Source of the DNA: Lytechinus pictus
Taxonomy: Eukaryota
Direction: 5' to 3'
Length of the DNA stretch: 64,000 nucleotides
Assembly (NCBI RefSeq): GCF_037042905.1
Contig: NC_087246.1
Span: 5,954,001-6,018,000 of the forward strand
The position numbers and the translations under genes were made by a program. The notes beneath the pieces were generated by a model. It was given only the letters and a program-made list of their open reading frames with translations. It was not told where the DNA came from and made no database searches. Of this stretch, positions 35,416 to 49,285 are shown piece after piece (position 1 is the stretch's first letter; each line of letters begins with the position of its first letter).

Positions 35416-37364
35416 TTAAGTGCCATCTATTTGAATAATGAAATGAGATTGTCTTGAACCGGGTATTGTAGATAAAAGAAAAGTACCTTATAATAAAAAG
35501 ATTTCGAGTATTATACCCAAGGGATCTACATTTCGATTCCATTTGCCTGTATTTAATGTACCATCGATACCAGAGATCAGGTAAAATCCATATACTGCAC
35601 CTTTAAGATTGTCTTGCAGGGTGGTGATTTATTTTGTTGTGTATGTTATCAGGGTCAAAACTTTGACATTTCGGAAGAATACGACTTAACGAAATCTAAA
35701 CAAAATAATGAAAGTATGTCAAAAGTTTTCAGTTTTTCGCGAAAAAGCGGAGTAAGGTGCCGTTTCGGATCACATCCAACAGATAGAATGAATTCCTTAC
35801 CTATATAAGCAAGCATACCTTTCTGATAATGATGTAAGATTAAGGTAAAGCAATTACTATGGCGGCGTTACAAGGGAGCAGGTCGAGACGACAGCCCCAA
35901 ACTGTTTAAATGATGAAATAAAAACAGACGAAATAAAGAAAAGAGATTTTTGGAAAGAGGTTGGGTGCTATAACAATACGCTACCTCTATTTTTCATGGA
36001 AAAAAGAGAAAAAAAGACGTCAGCTTAAACTCTTTTGCCCCCCTCTCTAAAATATCCCGGTAACGCCCCTGCATGCCTTCTTATGTTTTTTTACTCGCTG
36101 TTCTTCTCTTTTTTGGTCGTCACCCCTCTTCCTAAACAAGAACATACTTTCAAGTAATGTGATATTATGTGTTACTCTACATGTTTACAGGGAGCGACAC
36201 CACTGTTATCTTTTTTATGACAAAATGGAAAGGGGAGAAAAGAAGTAAACATAAAAATAAAAAGAAGCGTATGGAAACAGATGGATATGTCGTGTATGTC
36301 TACATAACACATATATAATAATGTACCAATATTTTTTTTTTTCATCTAAAAAAATTATTAGAGTCTAAAAATTAATCGAACTGATTGAGCCTTGCCCCTC
36401 AATCAAAATACACTGATATCACCTTTGATCAATGAGAAAAATATTTTATTCAATTTTTGTATTTGCAATTTTTTGGCACTCCTCCACTTCTCCAAAGTAT
36501 CAAAAATCCCAGCCCACTGATGAAGACTTCATCAGTGGGATGGATCATGAAGAACCTATATATTCATGCTTTATCTCTTTCCATTTAGCAACCGTTGTTA
36601 TAAATGCAATTTGCAAGAGCGCCACCGAATACACCAACAGTGTGTGGAGAAAACTTCGATTAAAAGTGAGAGCTCAAATCAACGAACGCACTCTCATGAC
36701 AAGCGTTAGTGATAGGTTCTGATATTCCTCGCCATTCTTCTTTTTTAGAAAAGCATTGATTCCACAAGGATCCAGGATATATAAATAAAGCCCATTTGCG
36801 AACATTTCTTCCAGTTGTAGACCACCACACCGACGGGATGCCCAGATAATACGACTTGCTCCTCATCTCTGATATGAAAGTTCTGATGTTGAGAACTTTT
36901 GGAAGCGTATCATCGTCAGTGCCGTAGTAGGTCGTGGTATTTGAACTTGTCAGAGTTTATAGAGTGTGTTGTGTGTAACCATGGTTTGTAAGCTGGATCA
37001 CACGAGATGGGAAGTTATGAACGGTGTTGGGTCTTTACTCTGTCTGGTTTTCTTGAAGGTGTCCATATTTACAACAGGCGTAACATCGGTGTCTATGTTC
37101 CCAGTAGATTCCTCCATCTCGGAGAGTCCTGATCGAGCATTCATAGAAACTATGGTAAGATCATCACAAACCTCTTTCACCTAAAATTGTTCTACCTTGA
37201 TGTTTATGATATTTCTAAAATTTAATGACATTAGAAGGTGATTTTTTTGTGGGAATTTATACATAGAACTAGAACATTATGCTAAGTTATTATTTATGTC
37301 CTCTGAATGTAAGAACGCAACGATCCGTGATAACACATAATGTTGACATTGACATAGTTTAAAG

Positions 37365-37500
37365 AAGAAGATGATGATGATTATAATGTTGACTTTAATG
37401 ATGATAACGATGATGATGTTGATGGTTATGAAGGTGATGATCATGAGGATGATAAGTGATGATAATGACTATGAGCGATAGTGATGTTGAATAAGATGAT
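37365..37500. repeat. Degenerate (GAT)n microsatellite
   Basis: Directly visible. Confidence 0.7.
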
Positions 37501-39884
37501 GCGAATCTTTTTTTTTGTGGGGGGGGGGCAGTAAAATTATGATGTAGGTATGATTGGGTATAATACAGAATGATGCTAAAATACCTTACTGTTCCTCAGA
37601 CATAATAGAAAAAAAAACTTGTAGAACTACTTATTTTCAATTTGTATTTTTTTCATTTTCGCTTTATAGCTATACGAGCAATAGAAAGTGAAACCTTTCG
37701 TCAAACATAATAAATATACGTGCATGTACTTATTTTTTTTCGAAGAATTGTGTTTTCTTGAAATAATATTCAATATACTTCTCAGGGGTCATCTTATTGT
37801 TTGCATAGGCTGTGAACGAAGTGCTATTTAACATCGGGGGGGGGGGGGGTGCACGGGTTATAGGGAAAATTGATATCTGGGTATGGTTTATAAAAAAGGT
37901 GGCCGTCAGTTACCATAGTAACCAGTGGCTGTGGAACGGCATTGAAAAGGGGAAAGGGGAGGGGCTGACCATGCATAAAAACACACCAATAAAATGGAAA
38001 TCTTACGTCTTTGTAGACGCTTATTGAAAAATAAATATGGAGCTGAAGCCTCGCACCCCCGTACCGCGGCCCACTTTTAATAGTGCTTTACCTATCAAAG
38101 CTAAAGATCTTTATGAAATTTATCATAAAAAAGATTCATAAAGATTAAAGAATCCATGAATTTTAATAACTAGCAATATGGTAAACTTTCAACCACACTA
38201 TATAAGCTTATAAACGAATTACTAAGATTTCCGATTATAGTTCGGGTGTATTATTGAAATACAGGATTTCTGTGTTAAATTGCAAGGATTATACGTCCCA
38301 TATTTGGTAATCATTCAATCCACATGTACAAGGAACAGGTGTCGGATCCTATAGGTTGAGGATGGGCGTTAATTCATAATTATTTCCTTACTTTAATTAA
38401 GTCCCAAGCTTTATGAGCGCCCATCGATCTTTTTTTTTTTTTGGGGGGGGGGGGGGGTGGAGGAGTTGCGGGGTATCTCTTCACACCTCTGTCCTTTACT
38501 TAAGGTCAACATGTTTGTTAATGTCCAGCAATACATCTAAATTGAGATATCATTCAATGACCGGTGGAGGAAAATGAACCAGTTTTAGTTTATTGATATG
38601 ATAATTTCACCAGTTATAATAACTTGGATCTCAGTGTTAACATAATGTGAGTTGATGAGAGAGTACTTTGTATAGGGTCTGTGAATGCATGGTTAATGGT
38701 GTGTGGTCAGATACACACTACTGCGTCTTGTCATCTTCTTACTCATCTTGTGGTTTTCTTATTGATATCGACAAGACTTGATCTTTTCTTGAAAGTGATT
38801 TTTGACAGGATTCAGCTTGTGAATTTAAACACTGCACAATTACAACCATGCATGTATCAGACTCCGATTTTCAAGTCACCTAAACCATAAACATTAAAGT
38901 CATCGGAGAAATCTCAATTTGTATGATAAACAGAAATGTCATCATCTTTATTCATGAGCAGATCCAGGATTCCATAATTTGGGGAGGGGGTTGGAAACGG
39001 GTCTATTTTGTAAAAAAAAGAAAAGAAACAGAAGTTATAACTGTCAGTCATAATTTTCCTACAAAAAGACCCCCAAAAAAGTCTCAACAATGCACCAACC
39101 ACAACTAGCTCTGCAACTAATTCCATTAAATTTTCAGTGTTTTTTATTGTATGCAGTTCCAAATAACGTAAATCAAATTTGATATAAACTGTAACCATAG
39201 AAACACATCTGATGTTTCCAAAAATTATAGATTATGTGTCTAATGATTTGTCTTCGTGAGGAGGAATGTCAACTCTGCAAAAAATCTAAACAAACGTACA
39301 AACGTCATACGATCAAATTCCTGAGAAACAAATTAAAACGGACAAATCTTTGACATCCATTATTACTCGTATTGCGTTTACGTAATATTATGTAAAATGC
39401 CTTGTAGTAATTTCACAAAAAAACGGACAAGGTTTGTCTTATTTTGTGTATTTTTTTCACTACCCACCCACATCAAATCAGGGAGGTCACAGATTTATTT
39501 TATTTTCTACATTTTGTCAGAACATACTCCCCATATGAAGCAGTATAATGCTTTAAATCTCACCCTACGAGAATTTTATACAATGCTGCATGCAAGGGAC
39601 AAAAAGCCTATGAATATGTCCCCTAAATGAAGGGAAAGTGTCAGCAATTACAGCTTTGATTGTAAGGTGTCCTTCACAATAATTGGAAATCATTAGCGCG
39701 CGAAGACCTATAATAGATTTGGAAACAGAGGCACCATGCGAACTGACTTCAGTGTGATCAAGCACTAAACAGCCCCTCCCCAACTTCCTGTAGCGTATTT
39801 CATTTGAAACACTCTTTTTGAAATTCATTTCAGATTCAACTCGGGGGGGGGGGGAATGAACTAATAATATTAACAATAGGGCCA

Positions 39885-39970
39885 AATAATAATAACAACA
39901 ACAATAATGATGATGATGATGATAATAATAATAATAATAATAGTAATAATAATAATGATAATAATAATAG

Positions 39971-40001
<31 letters not shown>

Positions 40002-40052
40002 AATGATAATGATAATAATATTGATAATGATAATAATAATGATAATAATAAT
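39885..40052. repeat. (ATA/ATG)n microsatellite
   Basis: Directly visible. Confidence 0.92.
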
Positions 40053-40670
40053 TGCTATCATTGTCGTCATTACTATCTTTATACCATTACCGGTATAATA
40101 TCTATCGTTCGAGCTCATATAATATCATACGCCTGCTGTCGTTAATTGATTTATGGACATCCTACACTACGATCATTATCAGAACTAGATCAATAATTTG
40201 TCCTGATTGCAGTCTGCTTCAATGAAAGAAATTATGTCATTTTTATCAGTTGGTTGATCTTCGTAATATGGCTTGCGATTAATCGACAAATCACAGAATG
40301 GCATATCTTGCATAATTCGATCTATTGTTATTGAACAGATAACCTGCAAAGTGCACGTTCAGTCGAATGAATCTCCATGGAAACGTTGATACGTCAAATC
40401 GCGGATTGCTGTATCCGAAATTACCGGCCCAGTGGTATCCATCATTCATTTTATTTTAGATCTATTATCTAGTATTCCGTTGTTCTTGAATCTTGTTATA
40501 ATTCTCAATCGTGTGTTTAAATCCGTACTTTCGATTGATATTTTAATCTCATAAAATGAACTTTGTATGACCATGATAATTTATCAAGAGACCATTGCCG
40601 GTATGGGTAACATGTGGCACTGTCATCGCCAAGAGCACTTAAGTTATTATTGTTCTTTATTAAAACACCC

Positions 40671-40848
40671 CAGGGGGCCGTTTCATAAAGCTGTTCGTAA
40701 GTTAAGAGCGACTTTAAGAACGACTGGTGATCCTTTCTTACGCGCTAAATCATCTCCGATTCAATATACCACTTACCGCAAGAAGGGATCACCAGTCGTT
40801 CTTAAAGTCGCTCTTAACTTACGAACAGCTTTATGAAACACCCACCTG
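40671..40848. mobile_element. Short palindromic MITE (PIF/Harbinger-like), 54-bp perfect inverted arms
   Basis: 40680-40733 is the exact reverse complement of 40786-40839; CAGG...CCTG ends. Confidence 0.8.
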
Positions 40849-43800
40849 GTATAATACTTAGAAAAGGTTTATAAAGGCAATAATTATCAGACGCAATTTA
40901 CAACTACAAGTACATTTTGGCAAAAGACTTTGTGGACATGAACGAGGGAGAGAGAGGGGGGGGGGAGAGACGATGATTGAATAAAAAAAAAAGCGCTGTC
41001 AACACATGGACTCAGCTGGTTTTAAGATTTCTCTTCAAAATACTACACATTTGAGAACCTAGTCCAAGTATAATGGTGTAAATGAAATGACGAGGCCTTA
41101 GGTTGAAAACAGGTGTATGACAAGCGACAGGTGCCACTAATGAAGTAATCCATGATGAGTGATCCCGAGCTGGCACTCTATCGCGCGGCGTTCCATAACA
41201 CAACATAAATCCTGACGAAATACATTACTGACAGCATAATGTAATTGATTTACGCGTGCTTGAGACTGTTGGCTTTGATTTTCACGTATAAAAGTCTCTA
41301 TCAATAATTGGTCTAGAAAGAAATTAAACAGAAACGTATACATATTATACAAATGAATTCATGTGGCAAAATAAGTTGAAAACGGAGCAAGGTACGTATT
41401 CCAAAGAAATTCAAAATGTAGATGGGCAGGATGATGTTGCACTTCTCCCCCACCCCTGCCCCTTCTATTTTTTTTTCTCTCTCGTAATCAACAATATTTG
41501 AAAGGCCCCCCCCCCCTTTTTATCCTGGCCTACAGAAAAAAAAATTACTACATGGTTCATTTTGCTTTCTGATTTTGTCAAACAATTTGCATTCGCACTT
41601 CAGGACGCATTTACCCTGGGAATAATTTAATAAAGCAGAACAATTCAGAGACAAAATAATGCTGGTGATAGTTTGATTAAATTTGTCAAAGAATAATGGA
41701 TTTATTGGAGGAGGGTGCAGGGAGGGGGGAGTTTCCCCCTGGTTTCCCCCATCCCGCGTGGAGCGCGAAGTTTTCGATATCTCATCAAATTCAATTCAAA
41801 AGAAGGCGTCTCTTGCGTCTCTAGTACCCTTATCAACTCGAATATTGACTTGCTATGATTAACATAATTTTTTTTCGAAAGAAATTATGAGTGCCCCCAA
41901 AATGGGAAAAGATTGAAGAATTTGAAATAAATTCCTCTTACCGCGCGAAGCGTGGAAGCTTATAAAGTTTTCTGAAAATAGAGAAAAGAAATGATTATGC
42001 CCACCTTGGTCACATCAGATTTGATTGTAAAAAGTGTACCCACATTAAATTTCTTTAACTCAAGTCGCAAAACAGAGTAGAAGACGGGTATATACAGGAA
42101 GGAAATAGGCGCTATATTCCTTCCCGCGCGCCGCGAATATACAAAAAAATTCTCTGAAAAAGTTCAACCTGTTCTAAATTTGATATTTCTTATATTGTAT
42201 AAATAACTCGATTAGAAAGAAAAACGAGCGCAAAATGTGAAAACGATGATGCAAGCTAGAAGAGGGACTCTTCCTTTCCCATGCTCGCGAAGCGCGGAAA
42301 CCTCTGTGATTTATTTTGGGAAAAAATGTGTAATTCCGCTCATATTAAGCGCTTCCTTTGATTAAGAAACTTAAGAGATATTCAAAATTTCAAATCAATG
42401 GTGCAAAACAAGACATGGATGTGCAGCGATATAGAATAAAGTATATCGTACATACTTTTGCATATAGCACGGCACGAATTTAATGCCTCCCCCTTTGACT
42501 TTGCCAAACACTACTTGCTGAAAAGCGGAAGAACAGAAAATCCAAACTTTTGTGTCAATGCAATATTTGAAAAAATACTTGTCATACTCTTTACTCCCAT
42601 GTATACTTTATAATTTCTGGCAAGAATATACGATTCCCACAGGCGGGAAGGGGAAAACGGAGTAGAAAAAAGGTTTGGGAAGCAAAAAGGAATGGCAATT
42701 TTTATATTTTTTTCCCGCGCGGAGCGCGGAAACAAGATTTTTTATGAAGTGAGAAGAACGTCTCGTTTAGAGTTTTTATTCTTTTAACCAAAAATAGAAG
42801 GGAAAAGACAAAAAAGCTATACCTTTCTCCCCTTTTCTCCTTTCGCTTTTTCTTTCTCTCCTTTTCTCCTTCTTTTTTTTTTCTTTTTGGGAGCGTTTTT
42901 TTGGGGGGGCGACCTCCCCCACCGCCCCCCTGGCTACGCGCCTGGGCCTGGGTTTAAACAGCGTGATATTTTTTACTGTGTATATTCCCATAAATTGAGC
43001 ACCGAGCGAAAAAGATGAACTGGATTTGAGTTAAATAAATGAGTTGAGGGGTAAGAAGATCTAACTCCATTGAATGTCAATATTATATGGCTTTCAGTCA
43101 GATAATGTATTTGTAAACACCGTTTTAATTGAGTGATGCAATGATGATCGGTGGTAATCTAGACAAATTCAGACGGGCACATTAAATATTAAGAGAAGAG
43201 AATGCGGAAATGGATGTAAATATGAAATCTGAATTTAGCCGCTAAACATGAAAACACCGCTTTCTGATAAGCACACATTCTCTCAAGATTCGATTGCTTT
43301 TCCCGCTTGGTTAGTACTCATCTTGATCTAGATCATCAATTGCTTGGTGATTCTTTATATGCTACACCAGTGCACGTACTACTATCAGTATACAGGTTGT
43401 CTGTCAATATGCAAGGAACAAAAATATGAATTATTATTTCTATCATGTGTCTGTCAGCTTTGTCATCGACATCACAATACACGTTGTAGTATATTTCTTC
43501 TAATCATAAGAATATGCGTGCTATATTACCTTGACACCACCGACCAAGCAACCACGAACACTCCGGGAGTCTATACCACATTGGCATGCATGCATGATGC
43601 AAACCATGGTAGAATCTAGATCAAAAGTACGTGCATAAAAACATGTGCTATTGGAATATAAACTAAAAGCTAACAAAAAATACACCCCTTTTTAATTCCA
43701 AATAATTGTATTCTTATTTCTTTTACAAAATATATACATGTACTGATCACCCTTAAACGTTTACAAAATCTGAGTTCGAGCGTCATCTCGGGTGCTGGAA

Positions 43801-45299
43801 GGCTGAAGGGGTATCCAATAATTACCTTGTTTAGGCAATAGCCCGGTGTCGAAAAAGAAATATGAGGTGATGGGTTTGCTTTTAAGATGATGGGCAAAAA
43901 ACGATGAAAAGGGATATGTTTCCGGGCCAACATGATTACTCGATTATACAAATCCATACACCAACTGGTCCCATTTAGTAACCATTGACATGATAACAAT
44001 ACCGTTTATCTCTCAAAACATGAACAAAATAATTACTGCAATCTGGAACCTGGTAAAACAAACAATATAGGTTAGGTTAGTGGTGAATAAAACGTTCGTT
44101 CATTCACAAAAAAAAAGAACAAGTAATTTCTCTGAAATGCACACTATTCCTTCACTCTAAAAAAGAACCTGGTCATTTGTAACCACGCAGTAGTCAACGC
44201 CAGACTAGCTTGTGGAGTCATTTTTTTTTTTTAGTACCCCGAAAAGCACGCTGGATTGAATTACGCTGTCTTAATTTCGAGTGGTGGAACTCTAAACCAA
44301 TGTGGATCCCGATAACAATTTTTAGGCTAAACAAAATTGAAGAAATCTGCCCCCCCCCCCCCGTCATGACATCTTGGATCCGAGCTTCTTTATGAATAAT
44401 CGAAGAACCAAGCAAAGAATTTCATTCAGCAGTTCAGGGCTAATGAATATCATTATTTTATCTATCAAATCAAAAGATTTTGAAGAATGTTTTTTAAACC
44501 TCCTCCCTTGAAATAACTAGGCACCCGCCTCTCATCTCGGGGGTCGACCGCGTATATAATTTCATTAGTAGTAAACCACAGCACAGTTCATTTGTGATTC
44601 TTAGCCTCATGATCATGATTACAAGCCAAGATCAAGCAGCTTTCTCTTCAAGTCTTACCTGTATGATAGGGTCACAATTTTATTTGATGGGGGATGATTT
44701 CCCACATTCTCTTGTTTTTCTCGGGTTTCCAGATTAATTTTGTATGCTGCATCTCCATTTTATCAAATAATTCAAACCCCGTATCGATAAACAAAAAGAG
44801 CACGATTATGTAGAGTTATGATCTGTGGGTCGGGAGGAGCCATGGATAAACAGGAATTGAAAGCACTCGATTTTGTTTTCTTTGGGTGAATACAGGTCGC
44901 TTCTTTTATTATGTTTATTTTTATATACATTAGACATAGATGAATTTCTTATACACTGTCCAAAATCAAACATGTCATGTTTTATACCTGGTAAAAAATA
45001 CTTATGTCGTCTTCATTCATGTCTCTGCCTTAATTATACAATTTTTGACATAAAATCGTTTAAAAGTTAAGTAGGATGACCATATTGTATATACAAGCTT
45101 TTCTTTTTAGTGTTACCTCTTTATTTCCATACATGCATTTATTTTGTTGAAATGTATTATCTTGAATGTGAAATCATTCAAGTCAGTGTATTTGTATTAT
45201 TTTGTTGAAGTATTCTTAAAGCAGTAATTTTCATTTATACACCAATAAATATTTGATTGGCTATGAAATATATTTTAGGATTTTCAGAACATTTTCAAG

Positions 45300-46910
45300 A
45301 GCAAATTTCATATATTGGTCTTTAAAAAGTTATCCTCCAATCTAGGGGGTTGAAGATAACAATTTAGCCTCCTGATCATGGTGACATGTCTCTATCAAGC
45401 AGCTTCCATCGTAAATTTGATCCTTTTGAAATATATATGTTTATAATCAGCACAAATTTACTTTTTTGAGCCATAGTTGATCAGTATAGAATCAAAAAGT
45501 GATTTATATGAACCTTTATTCTTCCAAGGAATCTAGCGGAACTATACTGGTTTGGGCTTCGGGCGTGCCATGCAAGTTTGTTTGCTTTCACGCTACTTCT
45601 TTAACAAATTTTCTTGGAACGTACCATGAATATGATGAAAGGGACTTTTGAAGGTTTTGAAGAATCTGTCAGAAATTCACTGATGACATCAGCAGATCAG
45701 TCCTCTTGGGGAAGAATTATCTTGTATAATAGGTGCACTGACTCGGCGTACACTGACTTCTCACATCCTAAACATGCTTAAAGAACGCGTTCTATCTGGT
45801 TAAATTGTGAAGATAAATGGGATACGGAGGTGATAATGGGTGGACGAAAGAGATGACAATTAATTATGATAGAATACTGAAAATGGATCCCTGTCACAAG
45901 GACATGAATTATAGACAGACCTTCATAAAAACTATATGTAAAACCTTGAGGGGAGGGATATCCGTCCTACAACATGTACTTTTTTTTTTCTAATAATCAT
46001 TCCCGGTTTCTATATAGGGGCATTTATAAAACTGAACGAATTTCAAAAGGACGATCCTTTGGAAGGCTGCATGGCCACTGGTCAGAAGTGATGAAAGGGA
46101 GGAGCAGGATAATGTAAAATGACGCTTTTTAAAACTAGGCCTGAAAGTGCTGCCATCCCCTACGGTTATTACTTTGTTGTTGTTGCCACACATTTTGAGA
46201 ATTCACGACCGATATAAAGTCAGATCCATTCTTTGTACTTGACTATTGCTAAGTAATGCTGAATGTAATCAGCAAATCGTCGATGATTTTTGTGTGAATG
46301 GGTACATATATTTTAGTATCTTGGTCAGTGATGTAAGCTTTACACCGGACGAACAAGTGCAAATGTCGTTGTCCAAAGTCAAGAGATTCCGATGCTGTCC
46401 CGTTCCACCAAATTTAGACAAAAGCCTCTCAGCTCTCCATTGTGATTTGACTTGCATTTTCAAAGGAATTGGTGCGTTGTAGAGAGTGTCTCCGTAGTAA
46501 ATGCGAAAGGTTCGAAATGGCATTCATGGTAACAATCTTTAGTGAAAATGGAAAGCTATTAAGGTATACGTTAAGAGAAGAACACACATTAGAATATTTT
46601 TGTGACAAAATCTCCTGATCATAGCAAGTTCAGTCGTCAAAGACCTTCTAAAACTACAATGCCTTGTTTACCAAGTATAGGCATGTGAAGGAAATGTATA
46701 CAATTCAATTCTATGTTTAAGACTTCCTATCGTATTAACATGTAAGATAGAATGTGCATATTACATTCACAAGGTTGGCGTGATCACTGGTGATGAAATC
46801 TTTTGAGCGGATCGAGGCTTCTTGAAATACTTTTACTTTCCAATTCCTTCAATGTTGGCTCGTTGGAGAAAATGAAAGCCTTCCTGCTCTTTGACAGGAA
46901 GCCACAAACA
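45300..46910 (-). pseudogene. Possible second decayed NTPase-like coding relic
   Basis: Non-repetitive, coding-like stretch with broken frames: FITSD, ILGKQGIVVLEG, TTELAMIRRF, ISFVHP. Confidence 0.22.
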
Positions 46911-47324
46911 ACAATTGAAATTACAACTCAATCAACCACAGCAAGTCGGCTTCTGGACTCTTTAATTGGCGAGTAGGGTGGTATGGTAGCCCCCCTGGCA
47001 AGCTCGAAATGAAAAAAAAAAAGTATTTGTGATTCTCACCCTGTTTGAGAACACCTTTGAGCGTAAAATTACTTATCTGTCTATCTATATTTTGAGATGG
47101 TGTTAAATAGTAAATATGGCTATATATAAACGGATCAGGCGGGGCGTGAATTCAGAGGAAATGATCCCCAATGGAATGGAATTCGTAGATTTGGATTGGT
47201 TGAAGGCATGAAAGGTATCATTGGAAACACAGAGGTCAAAAGTCACAAGTAGCGTGTAAGGTATCCGGGGTAACGCGCGTAGTTTGTTCACATGACTTCG
47301 TGTCACATTTCTAAACTACTTTTC

Positions 47325-47612
47325 TTACCCTGAAAGTATCGTAAATTGTGGTGAGCTGCTCCAAATAAAATATATAAAGTGTGCAAAAGAAAAGAAAAAG
47401 AAGAAGAAAAGAAAAAAAAAACACACAAAAGAAAACAAAAGAAAAAAAAAACATTTACACATGGCATTCAGAAATATGAATATAAATAGAATTGAAAAAA
47501 GACGACCAGACGCCCAAAAATCCTCCCCTAAAAAAGGGTATATTTTGAAAACTTTATTATAGGATTCATTTTCAACTAAGTATTCTTTTATTTTTCTTTT
47601 AAACATATTCAT
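47325..47612 (-). mobile_element. Possible LINE 3' end remnant
   Basis: NMFKRKIKEYL resembles the last helix of CR1/L2-group ORF2, followed by a T-rich UTR. Confidence 0.35.
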
Positions 47613-48689
47613 ATATAACTTTATATATATCTCTCTTCTGAATCACATATATAACACAATTCGTAAACGCAATATTATAAATTGCAGGATACAACAGCTC
47701 CGTGAAATCCCTTATTATCCATAAATAGCACTGACGTACATAAGCGGGGGGGGGGGGGGCTTTTTCATGACAAAGAAAAAAAAAGAAATGGAAAGAAAAG
47801 AAGAGAGAGAAGGGTGATATTATTTGCTGAATATTATGTCACAATCTATAACAAAATTAGATTTTTGTAATAAATGTTGATATTCGCTCGCTCCCAACTT
47901 TTATATATTTTACCCGATGCGCCATATCTAGCCCCCTCATTTTTTTCCTCATTACGCCACCGATAAATATATTGCAAAAGGATTGGACGACAGCTTTAAA
48001 TAATCATGGTTCTTGTACAAGAATAGCCTGATGGATTTAATTACTTTTTTACATACGCGCCAACTCGAGGTAGCCAACAGAGAAATACTTTTCTTTCGAA
48101 CTGTATTTCTAACATTCTATTTTCCGCAGTTTGTCACGAATAATGCCTTACGGTGTTATACATTTACTAAGATTATACAAATATTTTTATTAGTAGTGAG
48201 TTAGTATGAAACTTTCTCAAAGTTCTTTGGCAAAACGGACTAGTTGCTTTACAAAATCCACATCATATTTCATATACATGTATATATATATATACATACA
48301 GTATATAAATATATATTTCCCTCCATCATGTCCATCTTTCCTATCTATCAATTTTCACACTGCATTCCAAAATAAATGTAATAACCTTGCCCATTTTGTA
48401 TAAATTAGATTGCCCATACACTTTTATGATGGGAATGCCAAAAATCATATTCGATGCAGCAAAAAAGAGGGTAATTTTTCAAAGGCTCTATAGATTTGTG
48501 TCAAATTTAAACCTTTTCTGTCACATCATTGACCAACACTGATTTATTCAGGATTATTAAACCGTGTTTACACTGGCCAAGGCTCCATTGAAAATTCTCT
48601 TTTTTTAGAACAGATCCAAGAACAAACTCAAATTCAAGTTTCAAACAAACAGAAAGGTGATGTATTTTGTAGAGGTTTGGGACTAGCCA

Positions 48690-48776
48690 GCATCACCATC
48701 ATCATCACCACCACCACCACCACAACCACCACCACCACCACCACCACAACCACCACCACCATTACCACTACAACTC

Positions 48777-48833
<57 letters not shown>

Positions 48834-48868
48834 TATTACTACTATTACTACTACTACTACTACTACTA

Positions 48869-48946
<78 letters not shown>

Positions 48947-48996
48947 CATTACAACAGCAACAACAACAACTACTACTACTACTACTACTACGACTT

Positions 48997-49049
<53 letters not shown>

Positions 49050-49168
49050 GCTACTACTGCTACTACTACTACTACTACCACTACTACTACTATACTACTA
49101 CTACTTCTGCTAGTAACTACTGCTGGTAGTAACTACTGCTGCTACTATTACTACCACTTCTACTACGT

Positions 49169-49240
<72 letters not shown>

Positions 49241-49244
49241 GTAA

Positions 49245-49284
<40 letters not shown>

Positions 49285-49285
49285 G
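48690..49285. repeat. About 600-bp compound trinucleotide microsatellite (CAT-CAC-TAC-AAC-TGC)
   Basis: Directly visible. Confidence 0.95.

Larger units (their letters stand above)
36500..44843 (-). pseudogene. Possible decayed multi-exon gene (DZIP3-like HEPN plus nSTAND3-like NTPase resemblance)
   Basis: ATG exon 44843-44659 ending at CAG|GTAAGA, then four AG acceptors at 40343, 39320, 38879 and 37180, each followed by coding-like but interrupted frames. Domain resemblance judged by eye only. Confidence 0.3.

Noticed and set aside
48677..49129. 150-aa poly-T/L/Y ORF (and similar ORFs at 4055-4374, 31885-32127, 39870-40118, 52168-52465)
   Set aside because: Translations of trinucleotide microsatellites with no splice or domain support
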